A stretch of 64,000 nucleotides of DNA from Patescibacteria group bacterium. GTDB taxonomy: Bacteria; Patescibacteriota; Microgenomatia; Levybacterales; UBA12049. Shown here in pieces: positions 7,775 to 17,674 of this stretch (within the stretch, counting starts at the first letter, position 1; every line of letters starts with the position of its first letter). Location of the stretch: contig JBBTTO010000003.1 of NCBI GenBank assembly GCA_038064195.1, positions 114,428-178,427 of the forward strand, in the 5' to 3' direction. Made by a program: the position numbers and the translations under genes. Below the pieces are notes generated by a model that was given only the letters and a program-made list of their open reading frames with translations, searched no databases and had not been told where the DNA came from.

Positions 7775-10627
7775 CTACGGCGCAACCTCCTGCCAGATGA
7801 AGTTGGGGACACGCAGGAATTCAGGCGCGTTGAGGATCATATCCGGTCGTTCACGAATCGTGAATGACGGGAAGTTGATATTGTCAGTACACAGGTCACG
7901 TGAGTTGATAAAGTTACCACCACTTCCTCCTGCGTTGACAACTATAGCCCCTTGAACATTGAGTTGTTTGTCAGGGATCGGACTCGGACTTGCCGAGCAG
8001 TCAGCTGTAGCAGGATTGGTACTTGAGCCACTCGGTACACTGAAATTTTGGTCAGCGCTGAAAAAGCCTTCTAAATTACCACTGCCTATGACAGGTCCCG
8101 GACAGGCAGCAGTCCTACCCAGGCTCGGGTCAACTGTTATTGACCCTGAGACCGAGTAAAAGACAGTTGAAGTCGTCGGGACACTTAACGTGCCTTTCAA
8201 GGTCAGATCGCCATTGACGAGTATGATGATATCCCGATTAGCGCTTGCTGTAAAGTTGTTAAGAGTAACTGAGCTATTAGCTTGATAGATACCATTTGAC
8301 AAGCCTCCGGGAAGAGTACAGTTATTGAGGTTGCTACATACTGTCGTGAGATTAGTGGGCGTGATATTGGACTGCTTCATAATTGACTGCAAGTAGCCGT
8401 AGGATGTCTGGATGAGCGTACCGTTACTCGGAACAAATGTCTCAGGATAGGCAGCTCCACCGACCAGCCAGCCATTTGAGGAGACGTTTCCCTGCCAGAA
8501 GTTCGCGGGCGCGGCGCCTGTGAAGGCGACACCGGGTGTTGAAGATGACCCGGGAAGCATGGCATAAGCACCTGTACAGGAGGCATCAGGGCTTGGAGGT
8601 ACAGGATTACTGATTCCTGTGTCAAAGCGGACATCCAGACCATACGCCTGCCACCAGGGAAGTCCTCTTTTTATCGCGAAATTGAGATTTTCCAGATTAT
8701 TGTTATTGCAATTTCCTCCGGGTGAGGGAGTAGCTTCTGCACAGCTTGAGCCGACTGGCGCTATAAATGAGGCGGGCGGTCCGTTACGCGGGTGATTCAT
8801 GATGTAGCCTGTTGGCAGGCTCGGGTAACGGACTGTGTATTGACCTGAGATAAGTCCAGTCAGCGTATAGCTGCCATCTGGGTTATTGGTAATAAGCGGG
8901 TTAGGCGCGCCTCCAGGATAGTTAGACATCAGAATACCGGGACTAGCTGCGAAGTTCGTCTCTGATCCGTTTTTCCTCTGACTGTCATCGCTGTCCACAA
9001 AGACATTACCCGAGATTTGGTATTTGCCGAAGAACTTCAGATCCCGTTGATGCGCGTCACCGGCAGTAATCGTTAGCGGCCGGGGATAGGTGGGGAGAGA
9101 GACATAGTCAGTCCCGGGATCGGCGGTGAGGAGGAAGTCTCCCGGTTCGATAGCTGTGATGAGGAAGTCGCCGTTGGCATCAGATCTGTCAGAGCGGGAT
9201 TGCTGGGTGCCTTGGGGAACCGCGTGGACGACGACGCTTGCAAGCGGCATATCTTTAGCGCTGTTAAAGTCCCCGCTACTCATTGAGCTGCTGCTTTTGT
9301 CAGCGTCAACATAGATTTTCCCAGCGATAGTATAGACGCGGTTGATCCCGATGTCAGCTGTCCAGCCGTTTTGGGTTGAGTTAAGAGGTATCGTGATAGT
9401 ACGGGTATTATCATTGTTAGGATAGGCTTTGTAGTCTACAGGTACTGTCAGCGTGACAGTATAATTTCCGCGCTTTTTATTAGGGAAGGAGTATCGTCCG
9501 GTCGCGTCAGTTGTCGTCGTGCCGCCTTCACCTGCTGGCCCTGTCAGGGTGACTGTTGCTCCCGAGTAGCCTGTGGTTTCAGTAGGATCTTTCGTGCCGT
9601 CTCGATTGTCATCGATGAAGATATAGCCTGAGAGGTCGTAAGTCGGGATAGCCGCGAAGCGGATACGGGTATTAGGGCCGAGGGTTGTCGTACGGGGATT
9701 GGTATTGACGGTACGCCAGGAGTTACTCGAGAAAGTAAGTGCATAGTCACCGCCCGCGCGGTAATCGAAGTCATAGTCTCCGTTGGAGTTGGTCGTATGT
9801 GAGCCGATTGATACTCCGTTACGCGTCGCGGATATTCTTACTCCGGCGACCATCGGTTCACCCGTGTCGCACTGAGCGTCTTCATTTTGACTCCAGCAGA
9901 CAGAGCCGTAGAGATGAGCATAGACATCATAGGTAGTAGAGCCGACATTATTCGCGTCGCTGTGTTCGGCGAGATTGTTGCCATAATCAGCGTAAACCCT
10001 CAGAGTATACGTGTCTGCTTCGTTTTGCGTAAAGGTTTGGTTATTAAAAGTCGTATAGTTACTGCCCCCAGTCCATGACATATAGTCTATAGATGTAATA
10101 GGGAAGTTAGCTCCTGAACTAAATTGCATCGTAGGCGTGCCGTTATTGTAGGCTGTTGAGTCTTTAAATACCGCATGCCCGGCCCAGCAGCAAGTCCATT
10201 CATCCCCAATGTTATTAATTGTTGCTCTGATAGCAATATCTTGACCTGTTATAAAATATCCGGCACTCGGATTTGCTCCGGTCGACGTTCTCGCATCGAC
10301 CTGTGTGACCGTGAAGTCTGGATAGGTAGGTACGGGAGTTGGAGTTGGCAGAGGCCCCCCACCCCCACCAGGGCAAGCAGCGGGTTGACAACAATAACCA
10401 ACAATATCCCCGGGGGTTGCCTGGCACGTAATAGTATAACTTGGTTGATTTGGACAAAATGGCAAACGTGTACACAAGGCGTTGTCCATACATCCTGCTT
10501 GACCATCACATGCAGGCACTATTGCAGCTTGAGTTTGATAGAAACTAAATAAAGAGAAAAGTCCGATAATAGAGCCCACAAAAATAAGCCCGTTAAATAA
10601 GAAAAATCTTGATAAGTAGTGTTTCAT
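7775..10627 (-). CDS. large (950 aa) secreted/surface protein, N-terminal TM/signal anchor, Cys-rich module, Gly/Pro linker, Ser/Thr/Asn-rich beta-repeat domains
   Basis: N-terminal hydrophobic segment, PGGGGGPLPTPTPVP linker, SdrD/Cna-B-like repeats (GDYxxT, DxDxDG motifs). Confidence 0.65.
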   Translation of the reverse strand: MKHYLSRFFLFNGLIFVGSIIGLFSLFSFYQTQAAIVPACDGQAGCMDNALCTRLPFCPNQPSYTITCQATPGDIVGYCCQPAACPGGGGGPLPTPTPVPTYPDFTVTQVDARTSTGANPSAGYFITGQDIAIRATINNIGDEWTCCWAGHAVFKDSTAYNNGTPTMQFSSGANFPITSIDYMSWTGGSNYTTFNNQTFTQNEADTYTLRVYADYGNNLAEHSDANNVGSTTYDVYAHLYGSVCWSQNEDAQCDTGEPMVAGVRISATRNGVSIGSHTTNSNGDYDFDYRAGGDYALTFSSNSWRTVNTNPRTTTLGPNTRIRFAAIPTYDLSGYIFIDDNRDGTKDPTETTGYSGATVTLTGPAGEGGTTTTDATGRYSFPNKKRGNYTVTLTVPVDYKAYPNNDNTRTITIPLNSTQNGWTADIGINRVYTIAGKIYVDADKSSSSMSSGDFNSAKDMPLASVVVHAVPQGTQQSRSDRSDANGDFLITAIEPGDFLLTADPGTDYVSLPTYPRPLTITAGDAHQRDLKFFGKYQISGNVFVDSDDSQRKNGSETNFAASPGILMSNYPGGAPNPLITNNPDGSYTLTGLISGQYTVRYPSLPTGYIMNHPRNGPPASFIAPVGSSCAEATPSPGGNCNNNNLENLNFAIKRGLPWWQAYGLDVRFDTGISNPVPPSPDASCTGAYAMLPGSSSTPGVAFTGAAPANFWQGNVSSNGWLVGGAAYPETFVPSNGTLIQTSYGYLQSIMKQSNITPTNLTTVCSNLNNCTLPGGLSNGIYQANSSVTLNNFTASANRDIIILVNGDLTLKGTLSVPTTSTVFYSVSGSITVDPSLGRTAACPGPVIGSGNLEGFFSADQNFSVPSGSSTNPATADCSASPSPIPDKQLNVQGAIVVNAGGSGGNFINSRDLCTDNINFPSFTIRERPDMILNAPEFLRVPNFIWQEVAP

Positions 10628-11196
10628 TAGTTTGTAAGAGTAATAGTGAAGGGATTATTTTCTGGTTTTTCACCGTATCCCCAAAAAAGAGATTTAAATC
10701 CATCCCTAGGAGGAGGCGAATGATTTACATTTTGCAGGGTTGCTATTATTCCGGCTGGAATCGAAACTCTCAAGCCATTTATATATTTTTTATCTTTTAC
10801 TTCGTCTGGGTCTATATATATTAGGATTTTTACATCATTATTTCCCACTTTCGAGATCAAACTAAAGTTAGTAATAGGTATTGGATTGTCTGCACTTTTA
10901 ATTGTTCGATATGTATTGAGGGGTCTAATTTTGTTAGTTGTCTCAAGTGTGATTTTAGATATTTTAGGTGTTTTAGGGTCTGACTTGATTGCTTCTTTAT
11001 TCCAATCTTTCAATTTTCTCTCAAATTCAGGCGAGCTTTTGTATTGAATAGTATAGTTCTTACTGGTATTTTTGATATTTATAAAATTGTTACTCTTAAC
11101 TACAAAGAAAAGTAAAAAAAGATTGATTATTAGTAAAGATACGAGGATGCTGATTAAAATAATATTATTAACTTTCATTTTAGCAAAAAGATGCAC
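10627..11196 (-). CDS. hypothetical membrane-anchored protein
   Basis: N-terminal TM helix ILISILVSLLIINLFLLFFVV. Confidence 0.5.
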   Translation of the reverse strand: MHLFAKMKVNNIILISILVSLLIINLFLLFFVVKSNNFINIKNTSKNYTIQYKSSPEFERKLKDWNKEAIKSDPKTPKISKITLETTNKIRPLNTYRTIKSADNPIPITNFSLISKVGNNDVKILIYIDPDEVKDKKYINGLRVSIPAGIIATLQNVNHSPPPRDGFKSLFWGYGEKPENNPFTITLTN

Positions 11197-11240
11197 TCTC
11201 CTTAAGTGTATAAATCAGTATTTGTAAAGTCAAGAAAACT

Positions 11241-11736
11241 CTTTACATATTTCTTATAGAGATATACTATATGTAAAGTATCTACTTCGAGTAGGAATAA
11301 TTTGCTCTACTATATTCATCATGAGAAAGAATTTTAAAGAACTATTGCTGCATTACAGCTTAGATTGTATACCGCCCATACGGCGGCGATAGTCTTATGA
11401 AAAAGAGACAGCAGCCTATTATTTCCTCTTCTTCTCCCTCTCTGCTCTCTCTTTTTTCTTTTTTCTCCTCATCTTTATCGGCAGGTATTCCCCGCCTAAT
11501 TCCCGATTTTAGCCTCAGCGAGCATCCCATAGGCTTGACATTAGACCTATAATATGTTAACATTTGAAGCTTAGCACCTTAAAAAGCTAGCTTTCGTAGG
11601 AAGTTATTCGACCAGCAGCCTCTGTTTGATTATGTATATTGTTTCTCAATTGCGAGATGATAATTTATATAGTCTTCAGATTGTCTCCTGTTCGGATCGT
11701 CTTTCTACGAATTACTTGACAATTTTTGCTCTGATC
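11241..11736. repeat. left arm of ~0.5-kb imperfect terminal inverted repeat
   Basis: The core 11371-11736 aligns in inverted orientation with 14504-14871 (e.g. ACCGCCCATACGGCGGCGATAGTCTTATGAAAAAGAGACAGCAGCC vs revcomp ACCGCCGATACGGAGGCGATAGTCTTATGAAAAAGAGACAGCAGCC). The outer part 11241-11278 matches the revcomp of 14967-14998. Confidence 0.85.
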
Positions 11737-11848
11737 TCCGATGTTAGATCGGTGGCTTTGTGCTCATAAAAGTGGGTACAAAGCTACCGGTCAACGTACC
11801 TGCCTTACCGGTAGCATGTCTTTGGACTTTTTGTTCGAATAACGCCCG

Positions 11849-12640
11849 GTGACGGGCAAGGAGACTTCGATGAACCGCCGTAACCTTTTCTCGATCGTTT
11901 TCTCGTTCGTTTTCACGTTGTCGTTGTTTGGTTCGGCACTGGCCGATGACCCCAAGGTGGCGCCCGTAGTGGCGACTCCGGAACAGGTCACCTTGACGAC
12001 GAAGACTCTCGCCGAGTGGGCGACCCTCGTGAGCGATCACGATCCGGCCGCGCTCGACATGATGTCGAAGAAGGCCGTCAAGGCCCTCTTCGGCACCGAC
12101 GACTCCGCGACGCTCGTGCAGTACCTAGCGATCAAGTTCGAGACCCAGATCTATCCCGTCGATGATGGGACGGTCACAGTCCCGAGCGAAGGGCAATTCG
12201 CTGCGACCGTGTCCTTTCGTGGGTTTTACACCGCGATGGGGTACTACACGGTGAAGCTTCGCTTGGTGGATAACGGTGGGGAGTTCCTCACCATCGACTC
12301 GGCGAAGCTCAGCTCTCCGGTGTTTCCGGAGGGCACGAAGCCGACCACGATCAAGCTCACCATCGCGCCGGATGTTCCGGCGGTGCTCTCTACCAATGGA
12401 CTGGATGTGTCGGACTTCGTCGTCCTAAGCATTGTGAGCACCGATGTTCAGACCCACGTCATCACCCTGGTCAAGCCGGGCAAGAGCCCGCTCGACCCAG
12501 CCAACTGGCTTGGCATGGCGATCATTAATCCCGAGAAGAAGGGGAAGATGGGTCTCGCCGGCCTTCCGGCTGGCACGTACGACGTGATCGACAGCACCAT
12601 GGCCGCCGACATCCTCGTTGGCCAGATTACCGTCAAGTAA
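11849..12640 (+). CDS. secreted hypothetical protein (GC-rich cargo gene)
   Basis: Signal peptide MNRRNLFSIVFSFVFTLSLFGSALA; GC content clearly above surroundings. Confidence 0.6.
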   Translation: MTGKETSMNRRNLFSIVFSFVFTLSLFGSALADDPKVAPVVATPEQVTLTTKTLAEWATLVSDHDPAALDMMSKKAVKALFGTDDSATLVQYLAIKFETQIYPVDDGTVTVPSEGQFAATVSFRGFYTAMGYYTVKLRLVDNGGEFLTIDSAKLSSPVFPEGTKPTTIKLTIAPDVPAVLSTNGLDVSDFVVLSIVSTDVQTHVITLVKPGKSPLDPANWLGMAIINPEKKGKMGLAGLPAGTYDVIDSTMAADILVGQITVK

Positions 12641-12751
12641 TTCAATTCACCGCAAAGTGCGGTACAAGAAGGACGAACCCCCACCGAATCCCGGTGGGGG
12701 GCGTTCTCCTCTCCTTAAAAAGTGAAGAGAGAAGAACGCCAACCATAGGTA

Positions 12752-13726
12752 ATGCTAATGCCCATAAGTATGAATAAAGATTCTGGACCAATACATATAA
12801 GCAGTAGTGATCGCATGTCTCGCCGAGCTTTTTTGGTTGCTAGTGCAGGTGTAGCAGCAGGTGGTGCTTCTGTAGCCGTGGATGTAATTAGAGGCATGCG
12901 ACAAAACCCTCCTGCCATTGAAGAAGTCCCTGAACCGACTCCAGAAACAGCTCCTATTAATTTAGCACCTGATGGTGCATATTATTCTTTACTAGTAGAT
13001 GATGAAGCAAATAGTCTCATGGGTGAGACTGGGGTAGCGCTAATTGATAAAGAGATGCAGAACTTTGCTGTTTTTCATCCTAAGACCACTATACGAGTCA
13101 GTAAAGAAGGGGGCGATTTTACTCCTGAACAATTTCTCTATTCAGGAGATGCGTTAGCTAAGCTTGAGGTTGATATCCCATTTGTTGTCCTACGATCTGT
13201 TCTTGAGCGTGTGCTAGCAGAAGCACAAGAGCCAACGACCCTTAATGGTGCAAAGCTGAAAGCACTTGGTGAATTTGCATTATTTCATCAGACTGTAACT
13301 GATAATGACCGAGCTCTGGATATCTTTAATCCTGCAGGGAATGTAGAATTATCGGAAGATGCCGCTGCCTATGTTGAAGCTTATAAGTCATGCCTTTATG
13401 ATCCCTTATCTTATTTTGCAGCAGTTGGAACGACCATTTATCGTAATACACGTCATCTGGGTCCAATAATTAATAATATTCCTGACGAAGCTGTACAAGA
13501 ATTCACTAATTCAGTCGCAGCAGCGCAAGGTACTCCTACAGTAGTTCTTCATGAGTCATCTGATAAAAAAGTATCGAGGAACACTGTTATCTATGAGAGA
13601 GATCTTTTACGAGCCTTGATTACCCCCTATGGTATTAAAGATTCTACTGAAGCCGATGAGTCAATCGAAGAGTCTATGCACGGTTTTCATCAGCTAACTA
13701 AGGAATTAGGAATTGATGAAGTGTAA
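12752..13726 (+). CDS. hypothetical exported protein with twin-arginine-like signal
   Basis: SRRAFLVASAGVAAGGASVA near the N-terminus. Confidence 0.55.
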   Translation: MLMPISMNKDSGPIHISSSDRMSRRAFLVASAGVAAGGASVAVDVIRGMRQNPPAIEEVPEPTPETAPINLAPDGAYYSLLVDDEANSLMGETGVALIDKEMQNFAVFHPKTTIRVSKEGGDFTPEQFLYSGDALAKLEVDIPFVVLRSVLERVLAEAQEPTTLNGAKLKALGEFALFHQTVTDNDRALDIFNPAGNVELSEDAAAYVEAYKSCLYDPLSYFAAVGTTIYRNTRHLGPIINNIPDEAVQEFTNSVAAAQGTPTVVLHESSDKKVSRNTVIYERDLLRALITPYGIKDSTEADESIEESMHGFHQLTKELGIDEV

Positions 13727-13948
13727 AGCGTTTTAAATTGATTTAAACCCCACTCCACATATTTTTTGATCGAGTTCGCAACAATAGAGTATAAGTTGGT
13801 AGACATTACTATTTCTGCAGGCACTAGCGTTGACTTTATTTTAATAAATGGTGAAATTTTTGGCATGAAAAAGCCCCGCACATAGCTATGGCGGGGCTCT
13901 TTCGTCTTGTCCCCATAGGGGATGCGAGTTACTTCGAGCGAGCACGAC

Positions 13949-14395
13949 CTAGTCGGCCGTGGGTGCGTGGGGGTACCGAACCGCCCATTCCGTGACGACG
14001 AAATCGTCTTCGCTGGTTCCCGTCAGGTGGAGCTCATCGTACGAGAGGGCGCCCTCGTGGCTGAACCCCGTGTAGACGATCCGGATATTGAGCTCATCGT
14101 GCAGGTCGAAACCGACGTACGGCAGCGCGACGATCCCGGCGCTGACCGGAGTCTCCGGCAGCCCGACTCGTGCTTCCGGCGCGACCATGTCGATCCAGCT
14201 CGGATTGCCGGATGCTATCTTTTCGAAGAGCTGCTTCATGAACCACTCGACGCTCGCCTGTAGCTCGACCGAAGGGGTCGGATTGGGGCGGGCGGCAGTA
14301 GTAGTGGAGCGAACTCCTCCGATTGCGGCGGCGGTGAGGCCACCGGCTATCGCAGCGAAACGACGACGACTAACTATAACAGTACTACCGTTCAT
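13949..14395 (-). CDS. small exported hypothetical protein (GC-rich cargo gene), Tat-like signal
   Basis: Start taken at MNGSTVIVSRRRFAAIAGGLTAAAIGG (GGAGG 5 nt upstream); the longer listed ORF (to 14584) runs into the right repeat arm and is probably not translated. Confidence 0.5.
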   Translation of the reverse strand: MNGSTVIVSRRRFAAIAGGLTAAAIGGVRSTTTAARPNPTPSVELQASVEWFMKQLFEKIASGNPSWIDMVAPEARVGLPETPVSAGIVALPYVGFDLHDELNIRIVYTGFSHEGALSYDELHLTGTSEDDFVVTEWAVRYPHAPTAD

Positions 14396-14503
14396 GCATG
14401 CCTCCTCGGCTTGTGAGCTTGCGCCCTTGTGCCAATTGCTACGGAAGTCCCGCGCATGATCGACAACTTTATAGCGAGGAAATTCCTCAGCCATGAAGTT
14501 GTC

Positions 14504-14998
14504 GATCAGAAGACAAAAATTTGAAGTAACTCGTAGGAAGACGATCCGAACAGGAGACACCCAGACGTTCATACAATTTGTCACCTCGCAATTGAGAGAC
14601 TTTTTATACGAACAAGCTGAGGCTGCTGGTCGAATAACTTCCTACGAAATATTAACTTGTAAATGAGCGAACCCGTGTATCCTAATCTATTATAGGACAG
14701 CTGTCAAGGTTATGAGACATCACAAGCTCCGGAGTTAGAAAATATGAAAGGGAGCCTGAGGCTAAGCGGATTAGTGAAGAGAAAAAAGAGAGAGCAGTGG
14801 AGAGAGAAAAGTAAAAAAATAGTGGCTGCTGTCTCTTTTTCATAAGACTATCGCCTCCGTATCGGCGGTATGTGATTCAGCCAGTAATGCAGTCTGAGCT
14901 GATTAGAATTAATTCTCATATGATTATAGTTGAGCCAAACGTTCTCAAAAGCTTTTTCTATTTCAAATATAGTATATCTTTATAAGAAATATGTAAAG
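14504..14998. repeat. right arm of ~0.5-kb imperfect terminal inverted repeat
   Basis: See the left arm; contains the polypurine complement (GAAGAGAAAAAAGAGAGAGCAGTGGAGAGAGAAAAG) of the left-arm CT tract. Confidence 0.85.
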
Positions 14999-15377
14999 AT
15001 TTAATTAAAAGGATGAGTAGGCTGAGATATAAATACGCGAAAATTACGTATATCATGTAAGAATTTAGGAAGAAAGATAATTATAGAAAAATAGCAGAGG
15101 GAGGATATAGTCTGTAAAGATGTTGAAGAAGCGATATTGCCCTGACCTTGATTATAAGCAGTAGGTAAATATCCCGATTATGGTTGATGTGAATAAAGAT
15201 AAATGATTGAGGATTGAGGAATAATTGCATTCCCGCATTGTTGTATTGTCTTCATGTATTAGCCTTGCTTTCATGTTGAAAGTTGCAATAATCAGATTAT
15301 GGATGAGAGGCAGGAGCTTGACATCGTCTAGTCTCAGTGCTATAGCAGGCTAGCACTAGATAATTTCAAAACTGTAT

Positions 15378-16844
15378 ATGACAGAGCAAGATACGCAAGT
15401 TAAACTATCCCGTCGCGACCTTTTCAAAGCCGCGGGCACTTTTGCTCTTGGCACTTTTGTACTTGAAAATAAAGGGTTGCAGGTCGCAAGCGCGCAAGAA
15501 CAAGTCCCTACCGTTATTAAAGAGATATTCACCTCAGATCCTAAAGAAGTTAATAGTATGCAGCATGATCAGATCACGCTTATGAGTACTTTTGAAGACG
15601 AGTCTGGGGTATCGGCAATTCTTAATATGACACCAGATGGTGCACAAGGCATTCCTTCGCGCTTACAGCTTGCGAAATACGATGCTTCTACAAGCCAGTT
15701 TGGTCAATTTCAGGAGATAGGGAGGGCTCCGATGAATGACTCCGAGGCAATTGCCCTCTTGCCCGGTGAGACTGAACATACCCTTGGTATCCTGGCAGGA
15801 GTAAATGAAGGACATACTCAATTAGATGCAAATGGAGAGGCTGCTGTCCCGCGTCTATTTTTTTCAGGTGACGAAGGGAGAAGATTTGATGAAATTGATC
15901 TTACTGATCAAAATGGAGAGAAGCTATCCCATGGGATGATTTTAGACGTTAGACGAATTCCACAGTCTCGTATTGGCTTAGTTCAAGTAATTCTGCCTAA
16001 TAGAGAGACAGGGTATGGCATTGTAGATTCTGAGACTAAGCAGTATATACCAATTCCTAGTGAGTCGTCCGTGCCTATACTTGATGATATTACTCTCAGT
16101 AAGGACGGTTTAATCTTAAGTGGCGTAGGGAGAGTGGTAGAGCGTGATAGTGGTGGGTTTCAAAAATTAAAAGCAATTTCAAGGATTGAAATTGACTTAC
16201 AAACGAACACAGTTATAAGTAATTTTGAGATTTATCAGAACGATGAGGCTTTTGCATTTAAGTCAATGGGGGTGAGGCATGATGAGCAGGGGGATCCGAC
16301 AGTAGGCTATGCTGTACAAAAATATACGACAAGTCGCGAAGGAGATAGACATTACTATAAAATAGATCTTCAGACAGGAGAGGTACAAGCAGTTGACTAT
16401 GGCCCTATCTTAGACCAAATCGTCCTAAAATATGTTAGGCCAGAGCAATTTATGCCTAAGGAGCTTTTTGTTGGCTCATTTCCGGTGGTTACCAAAATAA
16501 CACCAGTTGCGGGGGGTAATTTATTTACCGGTAGACTTCAAATACCTCAAGCCGGTTCACACCCAATGGCTGTTTTTATACCTGAAGGAGTAGATCCAGT
16601 TAATGAAATTGATAAAGTTATTAACTGGCCTTTTAACGAGTTGCGTATTTTCCCGGGGGAGATAAAGCAAATTGAGATAGCTTCATTCCCTTCAGATCCT
16701 TTTGCGAGAAATCAGGAATCTCCGGTTCCAAATCATGGATTTCTTTTGAATATGAGTGCCTGTGGACAAGCCTTTATCCCCACAAATGAAAAATATGAGC
16801 CGATCGGCAGTGAAGTTCTGTATGCAATTAAAAGCCAGGGATAG
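15378..16844 (+). CDS. hypothetical exported protein with twin-arginine-like signal (488 aa)
   Basis: LSRRDLFKAAGTFALGTFVL. Confidence 0.6.
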   Translation: MTEQDTQVKLSRRDLFKAAGTFALGTFVLENKGLQVASAQEQVPTVIKEIFTSDPKEVNSMQHDQITLMSTFEDESGVSAILNMTPDGAQGIPSRLQLAKYDASTSQFGQFQEIGRAPMNDSEAIALLPGETEHTLGILAGVNEGHTQLDANGEAAVPRLFFSGDEGRRFDEIDLTDQNGEKLSHGMILDVRRIPQSRIGLVQVILPNRETGYGIVDSETKQYIPIPSESSVPILDDITLSKDGLILSGVGRVVERDSGGFQKLKAISRIEIDLQTNTVISNFEIYQNDEAFAFKSMGVRHDEQGDPTVGYAVQKYTTSREGDRHYYKIDLQTGEVQAVDYGPILDQIVLKYVRPEQFMPKELFVGSFPVVTKITPVAGGNLFTGRLQIPQAGSHPMAVFIPEGVDPVNEIDKVINWPFNELRIFPGEIKQIEIASFPSDPFARNQESPVPNHGFLLNMSACGQAFIPTNEKYEPIGSEVLYAIKSQG

Positions 16845-16928
16845 GAGGTTGACTTGACACCCCGGGGAATTTATCTGTCAGTCCGAAGGGGGAGGTCTGA
16901 GTCATCACAAGAGGAGAGATTAATCATA

Positions 16929-17501
16929 TTAGGGGATGATGATATATCCTGCGCTTTCCTTTTTACCGTCACAAGTGTATTGATAGAACTTTCCTTTAGT
17001 GAACTGTTGACTGGTAACTTTTTGAAATTTGTTCCCTTCTACAGAATATTTCCATTGAGTATTGTCTATAAATTGTAAGGTGTGACTCGTTGCATCATCA
17101 TTTTGAAGATAAAACGAGTCGGGAGTGATAATCTGGGCGACGGTCGGTGACGTCGAGCAATTTTTACCAATAAAGACGCTTGATGTTCCGCGTTGGTTGG
17201 ATGTGAGTAATGCTATTTGTTGCTCATTATCTTTCCCGGGGGCGCCTGTTGGTATTTCACGAATAAGCCTGACTTTTGGAGTCTCTTGTTCGACCTTTTT
17301 TATTTTTGATGAAATAAGATCAGGTGTGGTTGTGGGGAGATTATTTTTGCTGGAGAAAATTCGGTAACCTGTATAGAGTGTTAAGCCTAGTGCAATAAGC
17401 AACATAATTCCCAGAGCAACAAGCACGGATTTTTTGATATAGACAGTTTTATCTTCATGGTTGAGAGAAGATTGAGAGGGAGCTTGAGTTGGTTCTTCCA
17501 T
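16929..17501 (-). CDS. hypothetical membrane-anchored protein
   Basis: TM helix LVALGIMLLIALGLTLYTGY after a short N-terminal tail. Confidence 0.5.
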   Translation of the reverse strand: MEEPTQAPSQSSLNHEDKTVYIKKSVLVALGIMLLIALGLTLYTGYRIFSSKNNLPTTTPDLISSKIKKVEQETPKVRLIREIPTGAPGKDNEQQIALLTSNQRGTSSVFIGKNCSTSPTVAQIITPDSFYLQNDDATSHTLQFIDNTQWKYSVEGNKFQKVTSQQFTKGKFYQYTCDGKKESAGYIIIP

Positions 17502-17674
17502 AGATACTATGTATCATAGCATAGATATATTGCAGATTTAGCTCGAATAGGATATAATTACGCTTATCACACACATCTGGCTGATGTTCCTGCTAATACA
17601 GATTTGCCAGATGGAGGGTCCCGCCTTCGTCCCGATAATATCGGGACTTCGGCGAGGCGAAGAAGGAACACACT

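Larger units (their letters stand above)
11241..14998. mobile_element. candidate non-autonomous TIR-bounded composite element / inverted-duplication cassette carrying secreted-protein genes
   Basis: Long imperfect inverted repeats bracket three cargo genes, two of them markedly GC-richer than the host; no transposase or integrase. Confidence 0.45.

Noticed and set aside
7959-10552. Numerous 60-125-aa ORFs on both strands inside 7775-10627.
   Set aside because: They are embedded in and antisense to the 950-aa surface-protein gene. They have high Ser/Arg/Pro content, typical of alternative-frame artefacts.
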